A DNA stretch of 64,000 nt from a virus. The stretch covers positions 1 to 64,000 of IMG/VR virus record IMGVR_UViG_3300037493_003260; one strand, 5' to 3'. Shown here piece by piece: positions 29,536 through 40,128 of this stretch. The notes under the pieces are model-generated. The model made no database searches. It had not been told where the DNA came from and was given only the letters and a program-made list of their open reading frames with translations. The first letter of the stretch is position 1. Every line of letters begins with the position of its first letter. The position numbers were made by a program, and so were the translations under genes.

Positions 29536-30235
29536 TGCTTTGCGTACTACCGTCTAGTTGCAAGCAATTATTTAGTTTTCCTGCAATCCATGCAGGAGAA
29601 TTTACAGTTTGTCCGTGTCTCATATTACCAGAACTGTCGCTTACAGCGATTCCTGTAGCTTCATTTAAATGGTACTGTAAGTATGCGGGTCCAAATAAAG
29701 TTTCTGTTCCCGCGCCTGCAGCATATCTTTGAGCTACTTCTGAAGCAGTTAAAACTCTAGGATATATGATTACCTCGTCAATCCGTCCTGGTAAGTTACC
29801 AGCCCCATACGATGTCCCAATACGCAGCTTTTCTGAATTTTGTATTGTGGCAGTCAGATTGTCCCCCACAACTGAGAGAGTTTTTACTGCGCCATTTACA
29901 TAACCTTTAATACCACTAGCTAGGCTACTTCCATTGTAAGTAAAAATAATGTGTACCCAGGTATTAAACGCAAATATGCCAGAAGCAGTACGGCAATTTA
30001 TAAAATTGTTTGCTCCATTATCGGAACATAGCGATAATCCGATATTACGTCCTGTCCATGTTTGAAGTAGCCACCCACGAAGTAGGGGGCTAGGTCCCAT
30101 ATGATTAACCAAACCACAAGCTTTCATGGAGGTTTGATAAAACCAACATTCCACGCTAAACGGAACATTGCGCTCAAAGTTCCCTATAATTTCTGGGGCC
30201 AAACTACTATACGTTTTTATTCCTAAAGCGTGCAT
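29525..30235 (-). CDS. LamG / concanavalin-A-like domain protein
   Basis: FSVECWF, NTWVHIIFTYNG, YVNG, GRIDEVIIY.RVLTASEV. Confidence 0.85.
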   Translation of the reverse strand: MHALGIKTYSSLAPEIIGNFERNVPFSVECWFYQTSMKACGLVNHMGPSPLLRGWLLQTWTGRNIGLSLCSDNGANNFINCRTASGIFAFNTWVHIIFTYNGSSLASGIKGYVNGAVKTLSVVGDNLTATIQNSEKLRIGTSYGAGNLPGRIDEVIIYPRVLTASEVAQRYAAGAGTETLFGPAYLQYHLNEATGIAVSDSSGNMRHGQTVNSPAWIAGKLNNCLQLDGSTQSIEV

Positions 30236-30262
30236 ATGGGTTTCTCCTTGTATGCATTTTTA

Positions 30263-31840
<1,578 letters not shown>

Positions 31841-31857
31841 TTAATTTAATTCTCCTT

Positions 31858-32088
31858 TTAGTTTACAACTTTTATGGAGGCGGTACCGTCTCCATTATCC
31901 TCGGCTGCAAGGGGAAGGTAGCCTGTGATTTGGCCGCCAGCATCCACAATCGCAATCATCGGGACATAAGTGCTTTTCATATTCTCGTCATAGGGAATCG
32001 CAGGGACTGGCTGTTGCACAGCTGCCATCTGGACATCCTGAGGACGAGTTGTTAATCGTTGAAAAATTTTCTTTAAAAAAGTAAACAT
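31858..32088 (-). CDS. Small protein paralogous to N-terminus of 30263..31840
   Basis: [21 protein letters not shown] shared; start reset to MFTF after AAGGAG. Confidence 0.75.
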   Translation of the reverse strand: MFTFLKKIFQRLTTRPQDVQMAAVQQPVPAIPYDENMKSTYVPMIAIVDAGGQITGYLPLAAEDNGDGTASIKVVN

Positions 32089-32366
32089 TAAGACTCCTTT
32101 TTGTGCTGAGAAAGCCATCGTTTAAGACTAGCCCTTATTTTTAATTTTGTTTCCTTAGTTAATGTTGCACCACCTGGGACTGCTTCTAAAACTAGCATTT
32201 CTGGGTATAGCTGCTGCTTTCTTAAAAGCCTTACCCAACGATGTTTGTAAGTATCAGTTACAACAGTATGGCAATGGGCATAAAGTCTCTGTTCTAAATT
32301 GGCAGTCTGTCCAACGTATCGTACTTCTTTTGTAACTGGATGGCGTAACACATAAATATAAATCAT
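32088..32366 (-). pseudogene. Internally deleted GIY-YIG endonuclease
   Basis: IYVL..RYVGQT..R..H present; catalytic E and N region missing before a NUMOD3-like ETKLKI. Confidence 0.6.
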
Positions 32367-34210
32367 TACTTTTCTTTAGAAGACTCGTTATCAAAAAATC
32401 CGATACGGAGCGTGGCGTTAATTCCTTGTTTTTTCAAGGTATCAATAGTTTTGTCCAGCTGCTCGTATTGTTTTTTGGTTTTCTGTGACCGATTTACTTT
32501 TATGTTTAAATTACCTTCGTTTTGTTTTTGCTCATGGATAGTAGGCCGCCCTGCGTCGCCATTAACTTGTGGCTCAGGTTTCGGTCCAGGAGTATCACCT
32601 GGAATAGAGGCATCTTCCATGCCTGGTTCTGTGGGCATTCCTGGCATCGGAGGCATCCCTGGGGCAACGCCCATTCCAGGAATTGCTGCGGTCGGGTCAA
32701 TCTTTTGTTCGTCAAGTTTATCCAAGTCACTCACGGGCAGCATTCCGACGGCACCCTTAATAGTGTACTCGTCGCCGCCTTCAATTGGCTTGAGGCCGAG
32801 TTTCGTTCGACGTTCATTAATAGAAATCACGCCCGTATCAATGTCGATTTTGTCAATCTGGGCACCCTGGATATTTTCTTTTGCGTCTTCAGTGTTCCAG
32901 GCAAATTTTACGTCGGTAAACTTAAATTCAGTCTTTACAATCTCTTCGTTAAAATACGACTGTAGCAAATTTAGTAGATTATTAACCCCGCGTGCTTTTG
33001 AGAGTTCAACCTGGGATTCCAGATTGGCTTTTCCGAAATCTAGAGTAAACCCAATATCCTGTGGACAAAGCCCATAGCAAGCACATTTAACAGAGGTGGT
33101 CCACTTAAGGTATTCCATCATCTGCATGTCCTGATTTGTTTGGACTCGCATTGGAATAAACTGCATCTTGTCAGAGCCTGACGCAAACACAATCTTGTGT
33201 GCTCCGCCACGACCAAGGACTTCGTTCTCCCACATCTTTTGGAAGATAGCCCGTTGGTCTTCAGTAACACTCTCTCCCAGATTTAAAACGCCTGGGGGCA
33301 CATTGGAATGCTTAAAATATTCGATGTTGTATTCATCAGCGTACAGACTGGCCGTAATAATATAAGCTGCAACTTCAAGTGGACTAAGACCGTATCCTGT
33401 GTGCTGGGGATTCTGGGTAATATATAGAAGCTCGTCATTGGCGAACTCAGCTCTGAGAACACCTTTGTCTTCCCAGGCATAGGCTGCCTCTGGGGACGCA
33501 GGGGCGGTGCCATCTTCGTTTCGGTACAGTTTAACTTCTTGGCCAGGGACTGTGTAAAGCTCTGCAAGGTCTCCATGGTAATTATAGTTCTTTACCAAAG
33601 CCCCTGCATCAAAAATAAGGATGTCTTCCAATAGTAATTCAAGCAAAATCCTAAAGGAGGAGTCTGTGTCACTGGGATGCTCAAAGATATTCTTGACTTT
33701 GTATTTGTGTGACTCGGCAGTATCTCGCACTTTCCGAATCATAATTTTAAAAACCCAGCGAATGCGGTCACGTCTTTGGCTATCGTTGATACCTGTATCA
33801 TCCAAAATCACGTCTACCTTATGCTGAACTTCCTCTTTCAAATCCTTGCTTAGAATCTCGGATTCAAAATCAGGGGTATCAAATTCGTAGGGATTGATGT
33901 AGGCTAAAAGCAGATTTTCCCAACGGTCAAGTTCAGCCTCAACAGCGTCGGTATCGGGCACAATATCCCATGCCACGTTGCTGATGTAGCCTTTTAGAGT
34001 ACGCCGAATCGCCCAGGCAATTGGGTCAGTATTCGCCAGTCTCTTGAGGGTTTCACTATTCAAAACAAAAGTCTTCTGTTGTTTCTTGTTTAGAATAGTA
34101 TTGCTAAAAGCAAATAACCCTTTGCGAGGCATCGGGTTTTCACGCCCAGGGGCGGGCCTGAATGCTTTGTTTAAATTGTTTGTTAAACTTTTGAAGAAGT
34201 CGTTAGCCAT
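32366..34210 (-). CDS. Portal protein
   Basis: YGLSPLE, F..NVPPGVL, DMQMMEY, VISINERR..LGLKPIEGGD. Confidence 0.93.
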   Translation of the reverse strand: MANDFFKSLTNNLNKAFRPAPGRENPMPRKGLFAFSNTILNKKQQKTFVLNSETLKRLANTDPIAWAIRRTLKGYISNVAWDIVPDTDAVEAELDRWENLLLAYINPYEFDTPDFESEILSKDLKEEVQHKVDVILDDTGINDSQRRDRIRWVFKIMIRKVRDTAESHKYKVKNIFEHPSDTDSSFRILLELLLEDILIFDAGALVKNYNYHGDLAELYTVPGQEVKLYRNEDGTAPASPEAAYAWEDKGVLRAEFANDELLYITQNPQHTGYGLSPLEVAAYIITASLYADEYNIEYFKHSNVPPGVLNLGESVTEDQRAIFQKMWENEVLGRGGAHKIVFASGSDKMQFIPMRVQTNQDMQMMEYLKWTTSVKCACYGLCPQDIGFTLDFGKANLESQVELSKARGVNNLLNLLQSYFNEEIVKTEFKFTDVKFAWNTEDAKENIQGAQIDKIDIDTGVISINERRTKLGLKPIEGGDEYTIKGAVGMLPVSDLDKLDEQKIDPTAAIPGMGVAPGMPPMPGMPTEPGMEDASIPGDTPGPKPEPQVNGDAGRPTIHEQKQNEGNLNIKVNRSQKTKKQYEQLDKTIDTLKKQGINATLRIGFFDNESSKEK

Positions 34211-34212
34211 GT

Positions 34213-34635
34213 TTATATCCTTTTGGAAGAACTATAATCTGCATTTTTCTCTAGAGCCTTTACTAGGGCAATGATAATTTCATGTTCTAATTTTTCGATT
34301 TGAATAGTGTAAACAGCCCGTGCTTTTTTATCAGCTATATGCTTTGAAAGAATGTCATCCACAAGAGAAAGAAGCCGATTTAAACGAACGTGCAAAAGTT
34401 CATGTATGATTGTATTATCAATTTCGTTTGGGTCTTTTTTCAGAATGCGCTTGTTTAAAAACATTGCTGCAGAACGGGTTTCTTCATCAGTGCTTACGTA
34501 TCCAAAAGTATCATAATCCGCAGACCCTTGCTTTTTCTTTCCAACCACTAAGCTAATGCTGTAGTCGCTAACCCCTAGCATATTTGCGAATTTGACGAGT
34601 CGTTGTTTTAAGTCTTTTTCAAAAGAACGTATCAT
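34213..34635 (-). CDS. Small zincin-like metallopeptidase domain protein
   Basis: TIIHELLH motif with downstream E. Confidence 0.7.
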   Translation of the reverse strand: MIRSFEKDLKQRLVKFANMLGVSDYSISLVVGKKKQGSADYDTFGYVSTDEETRSAAMFLNKRILKKDPNEIDNTIIHELLHVRLNRLLSLVDDILSKHIADKKARAVYTIQIEKLEHEIIIALVKALEKNADYSSSKRI

Positions 34636-34853
34636 TACTTGGGTACCCGACGATACTTCGTGTCATTCTGCTTTCTAGCGTTTTGCCGCTTGATATTTGC
34701 GTTGTACTTTTTTAGTGCAAAATGGAAATCTAGAATATCGTCCCAAGAGATAGCGGCTTGCCCTGAAGCTATCTTTTCGGCAATCTCATTGAATTCCTCT
34801 GGGTATTTGGGTTTTTCAAAATAATTAGTCATGGGAAAAGAACCTAAGTACAA
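34635..34853 (-). CDS. Hypothetical protein
   Basis: Tiled ORF; likely start MTNY. Confidence 0.55.
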   Translation of the reverse strand: MYLGSFPMTNYFEKPKYPEEFNEIAEKIASGQAAISWDDILDFHFALKKYNANIKRQNARKQNDTKYRRVPK

Positions 34854-34874
34854 AAATTTACAAAATCTTTAAAA

Positions 34875-35147
34875 CTATTGGTTAGGTCCAGCTTGATAGT
34901 ACGACCCAACATTTGGTGAATCGCTGCATGTTCCCATACCCACAGGGGGTGTAATTTTATTCGAGTTCACTGGCTGTTTTTGCTTTTGACCATGAGCCAT
35001 GTGCCGATTCTTGCTGCCAGCTAAATCTTCACGAACCAGCTCAAGGCCAACCACGGGTGTAGCTGAAGTTTCCTTCGACAGCACCGAAAGCTGACCGCAA
35101 AGGTCACGCAATTTTTCTAGAAGCCTCAGCCGAGCAATGCTATCCAC
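34875..35147 (-). CDS. Small protein carrying a copy of the capsid N-arm
   Basis: KETSATPVVGLELVREDL matches capsid KAISSTPVDGLMLVREDL (13/18); probable GTG start at 35147. Confidence 0.75.
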   Translation of the reverse strand: MDSIARLRLLEKLRDLCGQLSVLSKETSATPVVGLELVREDLAGSKNRHMAHGQKQKQPVNSNKITPPVGMGTCSDSPNVGSYYQAGPNQ

Positions 35148-35151
35148 AGTC

Positions 35152-35478
35152 TTAAAATACCTTTGCAACTTTCAAAATTTGGATAACAGTCCAGGTCACA
35201 GCTGCAAGGGCTGTGGCAACTTTTACAACACTTGATAAAAACTCAGATACACCTGTAGATTTCATAAACTTTGTTTCAACGGGTTGCAAACGAGCTTCTA
35301 TGTGTGCGTGTTGTTCTTTGTTGTTTTCATCGAAGGTTGTCAGGGCTACCTTAATATCCTCTAAAGCGTGAGGCAGATGATTAGTCACCTGGGTCTTGAT
35401 GGAAGCAACGTCAGATTTCAAGTCCGACACTTCGGCCTTTACTGCATTTACTTCATCGTGCATTTCCTTGTATCCCAT
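35152..35478 (-). CDS. Coiled-coil protein with C-terminal TM helix (holin/XhlA-like architecture)
   Basis: Heptad N-terminus, VTNHLPH, TM VATALAAVTWTVIQIL. Confidence 0.5.
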   Translation of the reverse strand: MGYKEMHDEVNAVKAEVSDLKSDVASIKTQVTNHLPHALEDIKVALTTFDENNKEQHAHIEARLQPVETKFMKSTGVSEFLSSVVKVATALAAVTWTVIQILKVAKVF

Positions 35479-35487
35479 AAGGTTCCT

Positions 35488-35823
35488 TTATCGTAAGTTA
35501 TTTAACGAATATTTGTTGGCCTCTAATACAGAAGCCCAATCACTAAATTTACATACTGAATGGTCAATAGCTAAATCAAATCGTGGTTTATTGCAAAGAA
35601 TGTTGTTATAAGGAATTTTATTTTTTTGAAGCCATACCTCTGTTGATGGGCCAAGACTTGCATCCCGACAGGTATAAATTAAGATGCGGTGTCCCAGGCT
35701 GGCCATTTTGTCTATGGCTTCCTTTGCGCCTGGAATTAGCGTGCAATATTCTACTTCTGAAAGAGCCATGTAATTTGGCAACGGCGTGCTAATTACGTTA
35801 TCGACTTCGATAGCGATAATCAT
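35488..35823 (-). CDS. HAD-fold phosphatase-like protein, degenerate active site
   Basis: IAIEVDNVI (E for first D), IYTCR, KP..DLAIDH. Confidence 0.7.
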   Translation of the reverse strand: MIIAIEVDNVISTPLPNYMALSEVEYCTLIPGAKEAIDKMASLGHRILIYTCRDASLGPSTEVWLQKNKIPYNNILCNKPRFDLAIDHSVCKFSDWASVLEANKYSLNNLR

Positions 35824-36170
35824 TTTTTGTTAATAGCTGTCCGTTTTACAAACGCCTTGAGCAGCCCTCTTTCGATGAGTTCGTCGTTGTAAGATGTGTC
35901 TTTTCCAGAAAGATAAAGGAACGCAAGATATGTTCCAGATTTCTCGGACTTTAAAGACTTGACGGTTACCTCTTTGTTAAGAAGTTTTTCGGTCAGTGTT
36001 TTCTTTATAAGCGTTGCCTTTTCAGGATTTTTATTTCCACGAAATTCCAAAAAGTCTATTCCTGCAAGCCGAAACTCTTGGTTTTTTAATACTCCGAAAC
36101 CCAGGTCAACAGTAAGGATAAGGCATTCCTCGCTGATAATTTCTGTTACAAGTGCCAGATATTTATGCAT
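35820..36170 (-). CDS. Staphylococcal nuclease (SNase)-like protein, degenerate
   Basis: VDLGFG..RLAGID..N.ELI..G retained; DGDT and DKYGR replaced by SEEC and EKSGT. Confidence 0.7.
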   Translation of the reverse strand: MHKYLALVTEIISEECLILTVDLGFGVLKNQEFRLAGIDFLEFRGNKNPEKATLIKKTLTEKLLNKEVTVKSLKSEKSGTYLAFLYLSGKDTSYNDELIERGLLKAFVKRTAINKK

Positions 36171-38631
36171 GTAAATCTTCCTTTATTGCATCTATTGCGG
36201 CTTTCGCATCAACCAATCCCACGCCGCATTCATCAGCGGTAAAGGCTAGCGGTTTTGCGGTTGTCTTAAGAAGGTGCTTCACTGCAGCACACCGTTCTTT
36301 ATAATCTTTGGTCCAACTTGGAGCCGCCTCAAGAATTAGTGCACAAATTCCTGCAACCACTGGGGTTGCCATAGAAGTTCCACTCATGCGTTGGTAGGGC
36401 ACAGCATCTGATTGAACAGAACAATTATTCATGGGGGTATCGGCACTTTTTACCGATGTAACCCCATTTTCGTAATAGCAACCACCATAAGAAGCTTTAG
36501 TGCCACCGCCTGGGGCTACAAGGTCAGGCTTGGTTAAATTCACACCGTTGAAAATCACAGGGCCACGGGAACTGTAGCGTGTAATCTTGTTGTCCCTGTC
36601 TACTGCACCGACAGTAATTACTTTTGCAGCACAACTAGGGGACCCAATTGTATTTGCTCCAGGGCCTTCATTTCCTGCGGCCACAACTACAACAATGCCT
36701 TCAGAAGCCAGTGCATCTGCTTCCCGTGAGATGGCATCATCAGGAGTTCCTTCGCCACCAAGACTCATGGAGATAATATCGGCTCCTTGGTCGGCAGCCC
36801 ACGACATTCCCTTAATCACGGTATCGTTTGACCCGTGCCCGCTGTCGTTTAAAACCCGTGCATCTATAAGAACAACTTTTGGGGCAACGCCACGATAAAG
36901 TTTTCCACCGCCAGCGATTACGCCAGCACAATGCGTGTTATGAGCAATAAAGCCATTTGCTGTATAGTTATGGTTTTTAGTGACTGTAAAATCATAGAGA
37001 GTGGTGTTCGTATCTTGTATTGAAATATTACAAATCTTGTCAGCAACTCGACGATGGCAGTTTGGATTCTTTAGCTTTTTAAAGTGTAAAAATTTGCCGA
37101 GTTCCGTGTTACAAGAGAGGCCTACAGCGTAGCACATATTTTTATTTCCGAAGGTACTCTTATTAGAGCTGTGTTTACAAATCCAAGAACGAATACCTAA
37201 GGCCTTAAGTAGGGAACAAAGTCCATCGGCAAATTGTTTGCTTCCAGTAATAATTCTAGCTTTGCTATTAATACAGCCATCTCCATCAATGGCCCCAGCC
37301 AAAAAAGAAAAAATAACACTTCGAGGAGACTTAGAAATAACGTAAGGTAACGTGACAGTTAGTGATTTGTTTCCAATAGGAATTCCAAGCTTATTAAATA
37401 AAAATACCAATTCTTTGTTATAGACGGAAACCCTATACGTATTGCGTTGCCTAAGGTCTTTCTTTACTTTCGGGGCATAATCAAATAACTCCTTAAAACC
37501 GTCGCAAAAATTTTGAACCAATTCAAGTGAATTACTAGTAAATTCGATTCTGGCGTTGCATCCAGCCTTCTCTTTTTTTAAATAGGACAAGTGACCGTCA
37601 GTTAATACTAGACCTACTAGGTACGCTAACTTTTCATTAACAGGCAAATTACTACCTCTAAATGGCACATAATGGTAATCATTTATATCTAACGAAGAAT
37701 CTGTAAGTTTGATGCACTCACCGACTTGGAGTTCATCAGCCCGTTTTTCTTTAATTGTCAATTCATGGCCCCTTGTTGAGGTAACCACAAAAACCTTGTG
37801 CCACGGCGTTAGGGCTAAACTACCACCTCTTGTGGTAATAGTGTACAACTTTCCAGTGTAAGGAATTTTATGTACAAATTCCATTTGGTCTGGCTCACAT
37901 ATTCCCTGAAGATTACAAGAAATGGTTTTAATGTTAAATCGTTTAATGTCTTTAACAGTAGAGCCATCCGTTAACTGGTAGGATTCTCCTGGAGATTTTT
38001 CGTATACAGTTTCGATTGTTTGCAATCCGCACAACGATGTGTACACTTTGGTATTGGCAGTTATACAGCCATGACCAACGCCATCCAGTTTTGCAATCTT
38101 GGGTGTTTTGGGGCGATTCCAAAACCATTTGCCAAAATAATCAGGCTGTGAAAAATCATACCGAGCAACTACTTTTCCTGCCAGGTCGGGGTGTCTGTCA
38201 TTGATTCCTGTATCGACGACAGCGACTTTAATTCCCTTTCCTTCGTACCCTGTTGTGGCTCTCAGTACAGAAACTTCTGTCTGAACTGCTGCCCTATCCA
38301 TATAAGCTCTGACTTGTTTCACAGGTTCAATGTCTACGTGGAGTTTCTCCTTGAGCCATTCCATTTGCTCAGAGGTTAACGCTGATTGAAATTCAACAAC
38401 CATGGCGTTAATACGCCGATGGAGTTGAATTAGTTTTCCGCCAAATTTTGCAATATCCTGAAGTTTTACGCCTGCCCGATTAAGAACTAGAAGAGCCGTA
38501 AGAAATGCGACTCCTGCAAGAAGGGGGTGCTTTGTAAAAACAGATTTAATGATTTTGCCAGCTTTAAGATATAAGAAATATCTCGGCAAAACATTTTCTT
38601 GACGTTGTAAATTTGTGATTTCTAAACTCAT
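36163..38631 (-). CDS. Subtilisin-like (S8) serine protease containing an intein
   Basis: VAVVDTGI, HG|TH, AAGN, SGTSMATP; N-terminal hydrophobic segment and propeptide. Confidence 0.93.
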   Translation of the reverse strand: MSLEITNLQRQENVLPRYFLYLKAGKIIKSVFTKHPLLAGVAFLTALLVLNRAGVKLQDIAKFGGKLIQLHRRINAMVVEFQSALTSEQMEWLKEKLHVDIEPVKQVRAYMDRAAVQTEVSVLRATTGYEGKGIKVAVVDTGINDRHPDLAGKVVARYDFSQPDYFGKWFWNRPKTPKIAKLDGVGHGCITANTKVYTSLCGLQTIETVYEKSPGESYQLTDGSTVKDIKRFNIKTISCNLQGICEPDQMEFVHKIPYTGKLYTITTRGGSLALTPWHKVFVVTSTRGHELTIKEKRADELQVGECIKLTDSSLDINDYHYVPFRGSNLPVNEKLAYLVGLVLTDGHLSYLKKEKAGCNARIEFTSNSLELVQNFCDGFKELFDYAPKVKKDLRQRNTYRVSVYNKELVFLFNKLGIPIGNKSLTVTLPYVISKSPRSVIFSFLAGAIDGDGCINSKARIITGSKQFADGLCSLLKALGIRSWICKHSSNKSTFGNKNMCYAVGLSCNTELGKFLHFKKLKNPNCHRRVADKICNISIQDTNTTLYDFTVTKNHNYTANGFIAHNTHCAGVIAGGGKLYRGVAPKVVLIDARVLNDSGHGSNDTVIKGMSWAADQGADIISMSLGGEGTPDDAISREADALASEGIVVVVAAGNEGPGANTIGSPSCAAKVITVGAVDRDNKITRYSSRGPVIFNGVNLTKPDLVAPGGGTKASYGGCYYENGVTSVKSADTPMNNCSVQSDAVPYQRMSGTSMATPVVAGICALILEAAPSWTKDYKERCAAVKHLLKTTAKPLAFTADECGVGLVDAKAAIDAIKEDLHA
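36937..38067 (-). mobile_element. Intein (377 aa) with LAGLIDADG endonuclease in the S8 protease
   Basis: HG|CITANT..LTPWH..LVGLVLTDG..FLAGAIDGDG..YDFTV..IAHN|TH. Confidence 0.93.
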
Positions 38632-38816
38632 ACTGTTTTGTCCTTATTGCCACGAACTGCGCCTTCGGCTGCACCACGAGCAATCGCCTCAGCTAGCAAA
38701 AGCAAAAATGCCCTTTTCTGTTCAGGGGTCATGTCTGCTAAGGCACTTCCTACCAGAGGAATAAGTCTAAGCAGAAAATTTTCAATTGTTTCTTGGACAT
38801 TCTTTGGGTCTGCCAT
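38628..38816 (-). CDS. Small hypothetical amphipathic protein
   Basis: Stop overlaps protease start (ATGA). Confidence 0.6.
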   Translation of the reverse strand: MADPKNVQETIENFLLRLIPLVGSALADMTPEQKRAFLLLLAEAIARGAAEGAVRGNKDKTV

Positions 38817-38889
38817 AAAAGAGTTTCTTTCTTCATCAGAAATACAGGGGGGTATAATCTTGGAAGCTACCCCCCAGGGGCTTCAATAG

Positions 38890-40119
38890 TTATTTCTTTT
38901 CTTCAGGTTCTTTTTTGATATCGTCTTTTGTTGCCTCACATTTATTAGCACCCTGCCTAGCAACGGCAGCTTGCCCAATCGGAGAAGCAACGGCTACGGC
39001 ATCGTCAAAAGCATCTTTCTTTACTGGTTCTTTTACAGAAAGTTCTTGCCATGCAGATTTTGCCATGGCGACAATTTCTTCTTCGCTCAAATCTGTAATT
39101 TCTTTGAGCGTGTCAACTACGCCACGTATAAATTCTTCAGGAGCTTCCGCAGGAAGCGGCTCACCAGCATGGGCTGCGCTCACTTCAGTGGCAGCTGCTT
39201 CAGGAGCCTTAACTTCTGCAGGAATAACAGGAGCGTCAGCGGATTTATTGGTTACAATATTACCAGCTTCCGCAGGTCCAGAACTAGGGACCTTGGGAAT
39301 TTTCGGTTTCTTTGGCTTGGGAAGCAGGTCCGATAGTTGCGTGCCAAGCATATTAGCAGCAACATCAGAAACAAACGCCCCGATACCTTTTTCCGTTTTC
39401 TCGTCTTTTTGAAAACTTTTTACAGCTTTCAAAAGTTCGACATTGGACTGGTTCACATGTTCAAATCTGCCGTCAGACCACTTAACCATCAAACCAACCT
39501 GGCCTGATTTCGTCTGATACACTTTGAGTACATGCCCAACAACTTTGCTGCCATTTGACAAAGTTTTTACAACGATGTCCTGGGTCTTGATGGAGTCATC
39601 GTAATTGGCGTGTTCGGTCATGCGACCCACGCGGTCCTCTTCGTAGTTCTCCTGCGTATGCTTTTTCTCGTCAGCGTCGGCCCATTCCTCTTTGGTTTTG
39701 TCACCGTAGGGCTTGCCTTCGGTCTTTTCTGAAGGAACGGCTTCTTCTTTTTTGTCCGTAATAGCAGCGTCCTTAACAGGAGGAACAACAGCAGCATTGT
39801 CTGTTGCACCTTCTTTGCGTTCAGAAACATCCGCTTTGGAATCATACCCGCCTTCTTTTCCACGATTCTGTGCAGGGACCCCCTCGGTTGCTTTGTCCGT
39901 TGACGGAGCTTTTGGAAGCTCTGGACTCGCAGCTGATTTTCGGATGGCATCACCTGTAGTACTTGTTACTGTTTTGCTAACACATTTTTTAGCATCTAAC
40001 AATTTGTTAAGCGATTCGTTAACTAACTTCTCTTCCTCGTTAGTTAAGGGAATGCAATTCCTGCGCTTTTCGATGATTGCTTCGAGGCTTTTGCTAGTTT
40101 CTGATTTTTCCATTGTCAC
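38890..40119 (-). CDS. Putative internal head protein, low complexity
   Basis: A/E/K/P-rich; N-terminus shares a 21-aa motif with the scaffold C-terminus. Confidence 0.7.
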   Translation of the reverse strand: MTMEKSETSKSLEAIIEKRRNCIPLTNEEEKLVNESLNKLLDAKKCVSKTVTSTTGDAIRKSAASPELPKAPSTDKATEGVPAQNRGKEGGYDSKADVSERKEGATDNAAVVPPVKDAAITDKKEEAVPSEKTEGKPYGDKTKEEWADADEKKHTQENYEEDRVGRMTEHANYDDSIKTQDIVVKTLSNGSKVVGHVLKVYQTKSGQVGLMVKWSDGRFEHVNQSNVELLKAVKSFQKDEKTEKGIGAFVSDVAANMLGTQLSDLLPKPKKPKIPKVPSSGPAEAGNIVTNKSADAPVIPAEVKAPEAAATEVSAAHAGEPLPAEAPEEFIRGVVDTLKEITDLSEEEIVAMAKSAWQELSVKEPVKKDAFDDAVAVASPIGQAAVARQGANKCEATKDDIKKEPEEKK

Positions 40120-40128
40120 TCACCTTTT

